Shown here: positions 51,201-63,850 of the stretch, one piece after another
Layout: each line of letters opens with the position of its first letter
How positions within the stretch are numbered: the first letter of the stretch is position 1
From: Eledone cirrhosa
Lineage: Eukaryota
DNA length: 64,000 nucleotides
Direction of reading: 5' to 3'
Assembly: GCA_964016885.1 (NCBI GenBank)
Contig: OZ024740.1
Coordinates: 389,794,001 to 389,858,000, forward strand
Notes under the pieces: generated by a model
The model's input: the letters and a program-made list of their open reading frames with translations, nothing else
Databases searched by the model: none
What the model was told of the DNA's origin: nothing
Translations under genes and position numbers: made by a program

Positions 51201-53070
51201 TATTCATGTTCTGTCGCAGTTAGAACCTCTATTTATTCATGTTCTGTCGGAGTTAAAACCTCTATTTATTCATGTTCTGTCGGAGTTAGAACCTCTGTTT
51301 ATTCATTTTCTGTCGGAGTGAGAACCTCTATTTATTCATTTTCTGTCGGAGTTAGAACCTCTATTTATTCATGTTCTGTCGGAGTTAGAACCTCTCTTTA
51401 TTCATGTTCTGTCGCAGTTAGAACCTCTGTTTATTCATGTTCTTGTCGGAGTTAGAACCTCTGTTTATTCATGTTCTGTCTGAGTCAGAACCTCTGTTTA
51501 TTCATGTTCTGTCTGAGTTAGAACCTCTATTTATTCATGTTCTGTCGCAGTTAGAACCTCTGTTTATTCATGTTCTGTCTGAGTTAGAACATCTATTTAT
51601 TCATGTTCTGTCGGAGTTAGACCCTCTATTTATTCATGTTCTGTCGCAGTTAGAACCTCTGTTTATTCATGTTCTTTCGGAGTTAGAACCTCTGTTTATT
51701 CATGTTCTGTCTGAGTCAGAACCTCTATTTATTCATGTTCTGTCGGAGTTAGAACCTCTATTTATTCATGTTCTGTCGGAGTTAGAACCTCTATTTATTC
51801 ATGTTCTGTCTGAGTCAGAACCTCTATTTATTCATGTTCTGTCTGAGTCAGAACCTCTATTTATTCATGTTCTGTCGGAGTTAGAACCTCTATTTATTCA
51901 TGTTCTGTCGGAGTTAGAACCTCTATTTATTCATGTTCTGTCAGAGTTAGAACCTCTATTTATTCATGTTCTGTCGGTGTTAGAACCTCTATTTATTCAT
52001 GTTCTGTCGGAGTTAGAAGCTCTATTTATTCATGTTCTGTCGCAGTTAGAACCTCTATTTATTCATGTTCTATCGGAGTTAGAACCTCTGTTTATTCATG
52101 TTCTGTCGGAGTTAGAACATCTATTTATTCATGTTCTGTCGCAGTTAAAACCTCTGTTTATTCATGTTCTGTCGGAGTTAGAACCTCTTGTCGGAATCAG
52201 AACCTCTATTTATTCATGTTCTGTCGGAGTTAGAACCTCTATTTATTCATGTTCTGTCGGTGTTAGAACCTCCGTTTATTCATGTTCTTTCGGAGTTAGA
52301 ACCTCTGTTTATACATGTTCTTTCGGAGTTAGAACCTCTGTTTATTCATGTTCTGTCGCAGTTAGAACCTCTTGTCGGAGTTAGAACCTCTATTTATTCA
52401 TGTTCTGTCGGAGTTAGAACCTCTATTTATTCATGTTATGTCGGAGTTAGAACCTCAATTTATTGATGTTCTGTGGCAGTTAGAACCTCTATTTATTCAT
52501 GTTCTATCGGAGTCAGAACCTCTATTTATTCATGTTCAATCGGAGTTAGAACCTCTGTTTATTCATGTTCTTTCGGAGTTAGAACCTCTATTTATTCATG
52601 TTCTGTCGCAGTTAGAACCTCTATTTATTCATGTTCTGTCGCAGTTAGAACCTCTATTTATTCATGTTCTGTCGCAGTTAGAACCTCTATTTATTCATGT
52701 TCTGTCGCAGTTAGAACCTCTATTTATTCATGTTCTGTCGGAGTTAGAACCTCTGTTTATTCATGTTCTGTCGGAGTGAGAACCTCTATTTATTCATTTT
52801 CTGTCGGAGTTAGAACCTTATTTTTTCATGTTCTGTCGGAGTTAGAACCTCTGTTTATTCATGTTCTGTCTGAGTTAGAACATCTATATGTTCATGTTCT
52901 GTCGGAGTTAGAACATCTATTTATTCATGTTCTGTCGCAGTTAGAACGTCTGTTTATTCATGTTCTGTCGGAGTTATAACCTCTTGTCGGAGTCAGAACC
53001 TCTATTTATTCATGTTCTGTCGGAGTTAGAACCTCTATTTATTCATGTTCTGTCGCAGTTAGAACCTCTA
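48300..53070. repeat. About 2.4-2.75-kb imperfect tandem duplication
   Basis: Offsets are 2357 (48439 to 50796), 2721 (49467 to 52188) and 2754 (50206 to 52960). Markers are GTACTTTCGGAGTTATAAC, CCTCAATTTATTGATG, GTTCAATCGG and CTATATGTTC. Confidence 0.85.
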
Positions 53071-54119
53071 TTTATTCATGTTCTGTCGGAGTCAGAACCT
53101 CCATTTATTCATGTTCTGTCGGAGTCAGAACCTCTATATATTCATGTTCTGTCGGAGTTAGAACCGCTGTTTATTCATGTTCTGTCTGAGTCAGAACCTC
53201 TATTTATTCATGTTCAGTCGGAGTGAGAACCTCTGTTTATTCATGTTCTGTCGGAGTTAGAACCTCTGTTTATTCATGTTCTTTCGGAGTTAGAACCTCT
53301 GTTTATTCATATTCTGTCGGAGTCAGAACCTCTATTTATTCATGTTCTGTCGGAGTTAGAACCTCTATTTATTCATGTTCTGTCGGAGTTAGAACCTCTA
53401 TTAATCATGTTCTGTCGGAGTTAGAACCTCTATTTATTCATGTTCTGTCGCAGTTAGAACCTCCATTTATTCATGTTCTGTCGGATTTAGAATCTCTATT
53501 TATTCATGTTCTGTCGCAGTTAGAACCTCTATTTATTCATGTTCTGTCGGAATTAGAACCTCTGTTTATTCATGTTCTATCGGAGTTAGAACCTCTGTTT
53601 ATTCATGTTCTGTCGGAGTTAGAACCTCTGTCGGAGTCAGAACCTCTATTTATTCATGTTCTTTCGGAGTTAGAACCTCTATTTATTCATGTTCTGTCGC
53701 AGTTAGAACCTCTATTTATTCAATATCTGTCGCAGTTAGAACCTCTTGTCGGAGTCAGAACCTCTATTTATTCATGTTCAGTCGGAGTTAGAACCTCTAT
53801 TTATTCATGTTCTGTCGGAGTTAGAACCTCTATTTATTCATGTTCTGTCGGAGTTAGAACCTCTATTTATTCATGTTCTGTCGGAGTTTGAAGCTCTATT
53901 TATTCATGTTCTGTCGCAGTTAGAACCTCTATTTATTCATGTTCTGTCGGAGTTAGAACCTCTTGTCGGAATCAGAACCTCTATTTATTCATGTTCTGTC
54001 GGAGTTAGAACCTCTATTTATTCATGTTCTGTCGGAGTTGGAACCTCTGTTTATTCATGTTCTTTCGGAGTTAGAACCTCTATTTATTCATGATCTGTCG
54101 CAGTTAGAACCTCATGTCG

Positions 54120-56070
54120 GAGTTAGAACCTCTGTTTATTCATGTTCTGTCGGAGTTAGAACCTCTTGTCGGAGTCAGAACCTCTATTTATTCATGTTCT
54201 TTCGGAGTTAGAACCTCTATTTATTCATGTTCTGTCTCAGTTAGAACCTCTATTTATTCAATATCTCTCGCAGTTAGAACCTCTTGTCGGAGTCAGAACC
54301 TCTATTTATTCATGTTCTGTCGGAGTCAGAACCTCTAATTATTCATGTTCTGTCGGAGTCAGAACCTCTATATATTCATGTTCTGTCGGAGTTAGAACCG
54401 CTGTTTATTCATGTTCTGTCTGAGTCAGAACCTCTATTTATTCATGTTCTGTCGGAGTGAGAACCTCTGTTTATTCATGTTCTGTGGGAGTTAGAACCTC
54501 TGTTTATTCATGTTCTTTCGGAGTTAGAACCTCTGTTTATTCATATTCTGTCGCAGTTAGAACCTCCATTTATTCATGTTCTGTCGGATTTAGAACCTCT
54601 GTTTATTCATGTTCTGTCGGAGTGAGAACCTCTATTTATTCATGTTCTGTCGGAGTTAGGACCTTATTTTTTCATGTTCTGTCGGAGTTAGAACCTCTAT
54701 TTATTCATGTTCTGTCGGAGTTAGAATCTCTATTTATTCATGTTCTGTTGCAGTTAGAACCTCTATTTATTCATGTTCTGTCGGAGTTAGAAGCTCTGTT
54801 TATTCATATTCTGTCGAAGTTAGAAGCTCTCTTTATTCATGTTCTGTCGCAGTTAGAACCTCAATTTATTCATGTTCTGTCGGAGTTAGAACCTCTGTTT
54901 ATTCATGTTCTTTCGGAGTTAGAACCTCTGTTTATTCATGTTCTATCGGAGTTAGAACCTCTGTTTGTTCATGTTCTTTCGGAGTTAGAACCTCTATTTA
55001 TTCATGTTCTGTCGCAGTTAGAACCTCTTGTCGGAGTTAGAACCTCTCTTTATTCATGTTATGTCGGAGTTCGAACCTCTATTTATTGATGTTCTGCCGC
55101 AGTTAGAACCTCTATTTATTCATGTTCTGTCGGAGTAAGAACCTCTATTTATTCATGTTCTATCGGAGTTAGAACCTCTGTTTATTCATGTTCTTTCGGA
55201 GTTAGAACCTCTATTTATTCATGTTCTGTCGGAGTTAGAACCTCTATTTATTCATGTTCTCTCGCAGTTAGAACCTCTGTTTATTCATGTTCTGTCTGAG
55301 TTAGAACCTCTGTTTATTCATGTTCTTTCGGAGTTATAACCTCTGTTTATTCATGTTCTGTCGCAGTTAGAACCACTATTTATTCATGTTCTGTCGCAGT
55401 TAGAACGTCTGTTTATTCATGTTCTGTCGGAGTTAGAACCTCTTGTCGGAGTCAGAACCTCTATTTATTCATGTTCTTTCGGAGTTAGAACCTCTATTTA
55501 TTCATGTTCTGTCGCAGTTAGAACCTCTATTTATTCAATATCTCTCGCAGTTAGAACCTCTTGTCGGAGTCAGAACCTCTATTTATTCATGTTCTGTCGG
55601 AGTCAGAACCTCTATTTATTCATGTTCTGTCGGAGTCAGAACCTCTATATATTCATGTTCTGTCGGAGTTAGAACCGCTGTTTATTCATGTTCTGTCTGA
55701 GTCAAAACCTCTATTTATTCATGTTCTGTCGGAGTGAGAACCTCTGTTTATTCATGTTCTGTCGGAGTTAGAACCTCTGTTTATTCATGTTCTTTCGGAG
55801 TTAGAACCTCTGTTTATTCATATTCTGTCGGAGTCAGAACCTCTATTTATTCATGTTCTGTCGGAGTTAGAACCTCTATTTATTCATGTTCTATCGGAGT
55901 TAGAACTTCTATTTATTCATGTTCTGTCGCAGTTAGAACCTCCATTTATTCATGTTCTGTCGGATTTAGAACCTCTGTTTATTCATGTTCTGTCGGAGTG
56001 AGAACCTCTATTTATTCATGTTCTGTCGGAGTTAGGACCTTATTTTTTCATGTTCTGTCGGAGTTAGAAC
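54120..56070. repeat. Duplication of a 0.6-kb block at 1,277-bp offset
   Basis: ORF-track offsets 54166 to 55443 and 54457 to 55734. Markers are CAATATCTCTCGCAG and GTTAGGACCTTATTTTTT. Confidence 0.75.
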
Positions 56071-56719
56071 CTCTATTATTCATGTTCTGTCGGAGTTAGC
56101 ACCTCTATTTATTCATGTTCTGTCGCAGTTAGAACCTCTATTTATTCATGTTCTGTCGGAGTTAGAACCTCTGTTTATTCATGTTCTGTCGGAGTCAGAA
56201 CCTCTATTTATTCATGTTCTGTCGGAGTGAGAACCTCTGTTTATTCATGTTCTGTCTGAGTTAGAACCTCTGTTTATTCATGTTCTTTCGGAGTTGGAAC
56301 CTCTGTTTATTCATATTCTGTCGCAGTCAGAACCTCTATTTATTCATGTTCTCTCGGAGTTAGAACCTCTATTTATTCATGTTCTGTCGGAGTTAGAACC
56401 TCTATTTATTCATGTTCTGTCGCAGTTAGAACCTCTATTTATTCATGTTCTGTCGGAGTTAGAACCTCTATTTATTCATGTTCTGTCGCAGTTAGAACCT
56501 CCATTTATTCATGTTCTGTCGGAGTTAGAATCTCTATTTATTCATGTTCTGTCGGAGTTAGGACCTCTATTTATTCATGTTCTGTCGGAGTTAGAACCTC
56601 TGTAAATTCATGTTCTGTCGGAGTGAGAACCTCTATTTATTCATGTTCTGTCGGAGTTAGAAGCTTTATTTATTCATGTTCTGTCGCAGTTAGAACCTCT
56701 ATTTATTCATGTTCTGTCG

Positions 56720-57355
56720 GAGTTAGAACCTCTGTTTATTCTTGTTCTGTCGGAGTTAGAAGCTCTATTTATTCATGTTCTGTCGCAGTTAGAACCTCTA
56801 TTTATTCATGTTCTGTCGGAGTTAGAACCTCTGTTTATTCATGTTCTGTCGGAGTTAGAACCTCTTGTCGGAATCAGAACCTCTATATATTCATGTTCTG
56901 TCGGAGTTAGAACCTCTATTTATTCATGTTCTGTCGGAGTTAGAACCTGTGTTTATTCATGTTCTTTCGGAGTTAGAACCTCTGTTTATTCATGTTCTAT
57001 CGGAATTAGAACCTGTGTTTATTCATGTTCTTTCGGAGTTAGAACCTCTGTTTATTCTTGTTCTGTCGGAGTTAGAAGCTCTATTTATTCATGTTCTGTC
57101 GCAGTTAGAACCTCTATTTATTCATGTTCTGTCGGAGTTAGAACCTCTGTTTATTCATGTTCTGTCGGAGTTAGAACCTCTTGTCGGAATCAGAACCTCT
57201 ATATATTCATGTTCTGTCGGAGTTAGAACCTCTATTTATTCATGTTCTGTCGGAGTTAGAACCTGTGTTTATTCATGTTCTTTCGGAGTTAGAACCTCTG
57301 TTTATTCATGTTCTATCGGAATTAGAACCTGTGTTTATTCATGTTCTTTCGGAGT
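56720..57355. repeat. 316-bp tandem duplication (9 x 33 + 19)
   Basis: ATTCTTGTTC at about 56738 and 57054. Paired AACCTGTGTTT units and GGAATTAG appear in both copies. Confidence 0.88.
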
Positions 57356-57529
57356 TAGAACCTCTATTTATTCATGTTCTGTCTCAGTTAGAACCTCTTT
57401 TCGGAGTTAGAACCTCTATTATTCATGTTCTGTCGGAGTTAGAACCTCTATTTATTCATGTTATGTCGCAGTTAGAACCTCTATTTATTGATGTTCTGTC
57501 GCAGTTAGAACCTCTATTTATTCATGTTC

Positions 57530-59950
57530 TGTCGGAGTAAGAACCTCTATTTATTCATGTTCTATCGGAGTTAGAACCTCTGTTTATTCATGTTCTTTGG
57601 GAGTTAGAACCTCTATTTATTCATGTTCTGTCGGAGTTAGAACCTCTATTCATTCATGTTCTGTCGCAGTTAGAACCTCTATTTATTCATGTTCTGTCGC
57701 AGTTAGAACCTCTATTTATTCATGTTCTGTCGCAGTTAGAACCTCTATTTATTCATGTTCTGTCGGATTTAAAACCTATATTTATTCATGTTCTGTCGGA
57801 GTTAGAAACTCTGTTTATTCATGTTCTGTCGGAGTGATAACCTCTATTTATTCATGTTCTGTCGGAGTTAGAACCTTATTTTTTCATGTTCTGTCGTAGT
57901 TAGAACCTCTGTTTATTCATGTTCTGTCGCAGTTAGAACCACTATTTATTCATGTTCTGTCGGAGTTAGAACCTCTATTTATTCATGTTCTGTCGGAGTT
58001 AGAACATGTATTTATTCATGTTCTGTCGGAGTCAGAACCTCTATTTATTCATGTTCTGTCGGAGTTAGAACATCTATTTATTCATGTTCTGTCGCATTTA
58101 GAACCTCTGTTTATTCATGTTCGGTCGGAGTTAGAACCTCTTGTCGGAGTTAGAACCTCTGTTTATTCATGTTCTTTCGGAGTTAAAACCTCTGTTTATT
58201 CATGTTCTGTCGCAGTTAGAACCACTATTTATTCATGTTCTGTCGGAGTTAGAAGCTCTATTTATTCATGTTCTGTCGCATTTAGAACCTCTGTTTATTC
58301 ATGTTCTGTCGGAGTTAGAACCTCTTGTCGGAGTCAGAACCTCTATTTATTCATGTTCTTTCGGAGTTAGAACCTCTATTTATTCATGTTCTGTCGCAGT
58401 TAGAATCTCTATTTATTCAATATCTGTCGCAGTTAGAACCTCTTGTCGGAGTCAGAACCTCTATTTATTCATGTTCAGTTGGAGTCAGAACCTCTATTTA
58501 TTCATGTTCTGTCGGAGTTAGAACCTCTGTTTATTCATGTTCTGTCGCAGTTAGAACCTCTATTTATTCATGTTCTGTGGGAGTTAGAACCTCGATTTAT
58601 TCATGTTCTGTCGGAGTTAGAACCTCTGTTTATTAATGTTCTGTCGGAGTCAGAACCTCTATTTATTCATGTTCTGTCGGAGTGAGAACCTCTGTTTATT
58701 CATGTTCTGTCGGAGTTAGAACCTCTATTTATTCATGTTCTGTCGGAGTTAGAGTCTCTATTTATTCATGTTTTATCTCAGTTAGAACCTCTATTTATTC
58801 AATATCTGTCGCAGTTAGAACCTCTTGTCGGAGTCAGAACCTCTATTTATTCATGTTCTGTCGGAGTAAGAACCTCTATTTATTCATGTTCTATCGGAGT
58901 TAGAACCTCTGTTTATTCATGTTCTTTGGGAGTTAGAACCTCTATTTATTCATGTTCTGTCGGAGTTAGAACCTCTATTTATTAATGTTCTGTCGCAGTT
59001 AGAACCTCTATTTATTCATGTTCTGTCGCAGTTAGAACCTCTATTTATTCATGTTCTGTCGGAGTTAAAACCTATATTTATTCATGTTCTGTCGGAGTTA
59101 GAACCTCTGTTTATTCATGTTCTGTCGGAGTGATAACCTCTATTTATTCATGTTCTGTCGAAGTTAGAACCTTATTTTTTCATGTTCTGTCGTAGTTAGA
59201 ACCTCTGTTTATTCATGTTCTGTCGCAGTTAGAACCACTATTTATTCATGTTCTGTCGGAGTTAGAACCTCTATTTATTCATGTTCTGTCGGAGTTAGAA
59301 CATGTATTTATTCATGTTCTGTCGGAGTCAGAACCTCTATTTATTTAGGTTCTGTCGGAGTTAAAACCTCTATTTATTCATGTTCTGTCGGAGTTAGAAC
59401 ATCTATTTATTCATGTTCTGTCGCATTTAGAACCTCTGTTTATTCATGTTCGTTCGGAGTTAGAACCTCTTGTCGGAGTTACAACCTGTGCTTATTCATG
59501 TTCTTTCGGAGTTAAAACCTCTGTTTATTCATGTTCTGTCGCAGTTAGAACCACTATTTATTCATGTTCTGTCGGAGTTAGAAGCTCTATTTATTCATGT
59601 TCTGTCGCATTTAGAACCTCTGTTTATTCATGTTCTGTCGGAGTTAGAACCTCTTGTCGGAGTCAGAACCTCTATTTATTCATGTTCTTTCGGAGTTAGA
59701 ACCTCTATTTATTCATGTTCTGTCGCAGTTAGAATCTCTATTTATTCAATATCTGTCGCAGTTAGAACCTCTTGTCGGAGTCAGAACCTCTATTTATTCA
59801 TGTTCAGTCGGAGTCAGAACCTCTATTTATTCATGTTCTGTCGGAGTTAGAACCTCTGTTTATTCATGTTCTGTCGCAGTTAGAACCTCTATTTATTCAT
59901 GTTCTGTGGGAGTTAGAACCTCGATTTATTCATGTTCTGTCGGAGTTAGA
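57530..59950. repeat. 1,329-bp tandem duplication
   Basis: GTCGGAGTAAG at 57531 and 58860. Markers are CTTTGGGAG, GTGATAACC and AACATGTATT. ORF-track offset 58141 to 59470. Confidence 0.85.
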
Positions 59951-62900
59951 ACCTCTGTTTATTCTTGTTCTGTCGGAGTTAGAAGCTCTATTTATTCATG
60001 TTCTGTCGCAGTTAGAACCTCTATTTATTCATGTTCTGTCGGAGTTAGAACCTCTGTTTATTCATGTTCTGTCGGAGTTAGAACCTCTTGTCGGAATCAG
60101 AACCTCTATATATTCATGTTCTGTCGGAGTTAGAACCTCTATTTATTCATGTTCTGTCGGAGTTAGAACCTCTGTTTATTCATGTTCTTTCGGAGTTAGA
60201 ACCTCAGTTTATTCATGTTCTATCGGAATTAGAACCTCTATTTATTCATGTTCTGTCGCAGTTAGAACCTCTTTTCGGAGTTAGAACCTCTATTATTCAT
60301 GTTCTGTCGGAGTTAGAACCTCTATTTATTCATGTTATGTCGCAGTTAGAACCTCTATTTATTGATGTTCTGTCGCAGTTAGAACCTCTATTTATTCATG
60401 TTCTGTCGCAGTTAGAACCTCTTTTCGGAGTTAGAACCTCTATTATTCATGTTCTGTCGGAGTTAGAACCTCTATTTATTCATGTTATGTCGCAGTTAGA
60501 ACCTCTATTTATTTATGTTCTGTCGCATTTAGAACCTCTGTTTATTCATGTTCGGTCGGAGTTAGAACCTCTTGTCGGAGTTAGAACCTCTGTTTATTCA
60601 TGTTCTTTCGGAGTTAAAACCTCTGTTTATTCATGTTCTGTCGCAGTTAGTACCACTATTTAGTCATGTTCTGTCGGAGTTAGAAGCTCTATTTATTCAT
60701 GTTCTATCGCATTTAGAACCTCTGTTTATTCATGTTCTGTCGGAGTTAGAACCTCTTGTCGGAGTCTGAACCTCTATTTATTCATGTTCTGTCGCAGTTA
60801 GAATCTCTATTTATTCAATATCTGTCGCTGTTAGAACCTCTTGTCGGAGTCAGAACCTCTATTTATTCATGTTCAGTCGGAGTCAGAACCTCTATTTATT
60901 CATGTTCTGTCGGAGTTAGAACCTCTGTTTATTCATGTTCTGTCGCAGTTAGAACCTCTATTTATTGATGTTCTGTCGCAGTTAGAACCTCGATTTATTC
61001 ATGTTCTGTCGGAGTTAGAACCTCTGTTTATTCATGTTCTGTCGGAATGAGAACCTCCATTTATTCATGTTCTGTCGGAGTGAGAACCTCTGTTTATTCA
61101 TGTTCTGTCGGAGTTAGAACCTCTATTTATTCATGTTCTGTCGGAGTTAGAGCCTCTATTTATTCATGTTCTGTCGCAGTTAGAACCTCTATTTATTCAA
61201 TATCTGTCGCAGTTAGAACCTCTTGTCGGAGTCAGAACCTCTATTTATTCATGTTCTGTCGGAGTCAGAAACTCTATTCATTCATGTTATGTCGGAGTCA
61301 GAACCTCTATATATTCATGTTCTGTCGGAGTTAGAACCGCTGTTTATTCATGTTCTGTCGGAGTCAGAACCTCTATTTATTCATGTTCTGTCGGAGTGAG
61401 AACCTCTGTTTATTCATGTTCTGTCGGAGTTAGAACCTCCGTTTATTCATATTCTGTCGGAGTCAGAACCTCTATTTATTCATGTTCTGTCGGAGTTAGA
61501 ACCTCTATTTATTCATGTTCTGTCGGAGTTAGAACCTCTATTTATTCATGTTCTGTCGCAGTTAGAACCTCCATTTATTCATGTTCTGTCGCAGTTAGAA
61601 TCTCTATTTATTCATGTTCTGTCGCGGTGAAACCCTCTATTTATTCATGTTCTGTCGGAGTTAGAACCTCTATTTATTCATGTTCTGTCGGTGTTAGAAC
61701 CTCTGTTTATTCATGTTCATTCGGAGTTAGAACCTCTGTTTATTCATGTTCTATCGGAATTAGAACCTCTGTTTATTCATGTTCTTTCGGAGTTAGAACC
61801 TCTATTTATTCATGTTCTGTCGGAGTTAGAACCTCTATTTATTCATGTTCTGTCGGAGTTAGAACCTCCGTTTATTCTTGTTCTGTCGGAGTTAGAAGCT
61901 CTATTTATTCATGTTCTGTCGCAGTTAGAACCTCTATTTATTCATGTTCTGTCGGAGTTAGAACCTCTGTTTATTCATGTTCTGTCGGAGTTAGAACCTC
62001 TTGTCGGAGTCAGAACCTCTATTTATTCATGTTCTTTCGGAGTTAGAACCTCTATTTATTCATGTTCTGTCGCAGTTAGAATCTCTATTTATTCAATATC
62101 TGTCGCAGTTAGAACCTCTTGTCGGAGTCAGAACCATTATTTATTCATGTTCAGTCGGAGTCAGAACCTCTATTTATTCATGTTCTGTCGGAGTTAGAAC
62201 CTCTGTTTATTCATGTTCTGTCGCAGTTAGAACCTCTATTTATTCATGTTCTGTGGGAGTTAGAACCTCGATTTATTCATGTTCTGTCGGAGTTAGAACC
62301 TCTGTTTATTCTTGTTCTGTCGGAGTTAGAAGCTCTATTTATTCATGTTCTGTCGCAGTTAGAACCTCTATTTATTCATGTTCGGTCGGAGTTAGAACCT
62401 CTGTTTATTCATGTTCTGTCGGAGTTAGAACCTCTTGTCGGAATCAGAACCTCTATATATTCATGTTCTGTCGGAGTTAGAACCTCTATTTATTCATGTT
62501 CTGTCGGAGTTAGAACCTCTGTTTATTCATGTTCTTTCGGAGTTAGAACCTCTGTTTATTCATGTTCTATCGGAATTAGAACCTCTATTTATTCATGTTC
62601 TGTCGCAGTTAGAACCTCTTTTCGGAGTTAGAACCTCTATTATTCATGTTCTGTCGGAGTTAGAACCTCTATTTATTCATGTTATGTCGCAGTTAGAACC
62701 TCTATTTATTGATGTTCTGTCGCATTTAGAACCTCTGTTTATTCATGTTCGGTCGGAGTTAGAAGCTCTTGTCGGAGTTAGAACCTCTGTTTATTCATGT
62801 TCTTTCGGAGTTAAAACCTCTGTTTATTCATGTTCTGTCGCAGTTAGTACCACTATTTATTCATGTTCTGTCGGAGTTAGAAGCTCTATTTATTCATGTT

Positions 62901-63850
62901 CTATCGCATTTAGAACCTCTGTTTATTCATGTTCTGTCGGAGTTAGAACCTCTTGTCGGAGTCTGAACCTCTATTTATTCATGTTCTGTCGCAGTTAGAA
63001 TCTCTATTTATTCAATATCTGTCGCAGTTAGAACCTCTTGTCGGAGTCAGAACCTCTATTTATTCATGTTCAGTCGGAGTCAGAACCTCTATTTATTCAT
63101 GTTCTGTCGGAGTTAGAACCTCTGTTTATTCATGTTCTGTCGCAGTTAGAACCTCTATTTATTGATGTTCTGTCGCAGTTAGAACCTCGATTTATTCATG
63201 CTCTGTCGGAGTTAGAACCTCTGTTTATTCATGTTCTGTCGGAATGAGAACCTCCATTTATTCATGTTCTTTCGGAGTGAGAAACTCTGTTTATTCATGT
63301 TCTGTCGGAGTTAGAACCTCTATTTATTCATGTTCTGTCGGAGTTAGAGCCTCTATTTATTCATGTTCTGTCGCAGTTAGAACCTCTATTTATTCAATAT
63401 CTGTCGCAGTTAGAACCTCTTGTCGGAGTCAGAACCTCTATTTATTCATGTTCTGTCGGAGTCAGAAACTCTATTCATTCATGTTATGTCGGAGTCAGAA
63501 CCTCTATATATTCATGTTCTGTCGGAGTTAGAACCGCTGTTTATTCATGTTCTGTCGGAGTCAGAACCTCTATTTATTCATGTTCTGTCGGAGTGAGAAC
63601 CTCTGTTTATTCATGTTCTGTCGGAGTTAGAACCTCCGTTTATTCATATTCTGTCGGAGTCAGAACCTCTATTTATTCATGTTCTGTCGGAGTTAGAACC
63701 TCTATTTATTCATGTTCTGTCGGAGTTAGAACCTCTATTTATTCATGTTCTGTCGGAGTTAGAACCTCTATTTATTCATGTTCTGTCGCAGTTAGAACCT
63801 CCATTTATTCATGTTCTGTCGCAGTTAGAATCTCTATTTATTCATGTTCT
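59620..63850. repeat. About 2.2-2.35-kb tandem duplication, with an extra 150-bp tandem repeat in the first copy
   Basis: Offsets are 2347 (59654 to 62001) then 2197 (60756 to 62953; 61047 to 63244). CTTTTCGGAGTTAGAACCTCTATTATTCAT is at 60271 and 60421 (150 apart) but only once in the second copy (about 62618). Confidence 0.88.

Noticed and set aside
40-63531. All listed ORFs as protein-coding genes
   Set aside because: They are pure translations of the 33-bp monomer. Starts are mostly TTG or GTG codons created by repeat variants, overlapping frames are equally open, frameshifting units are frequent, and there is no unique domain.
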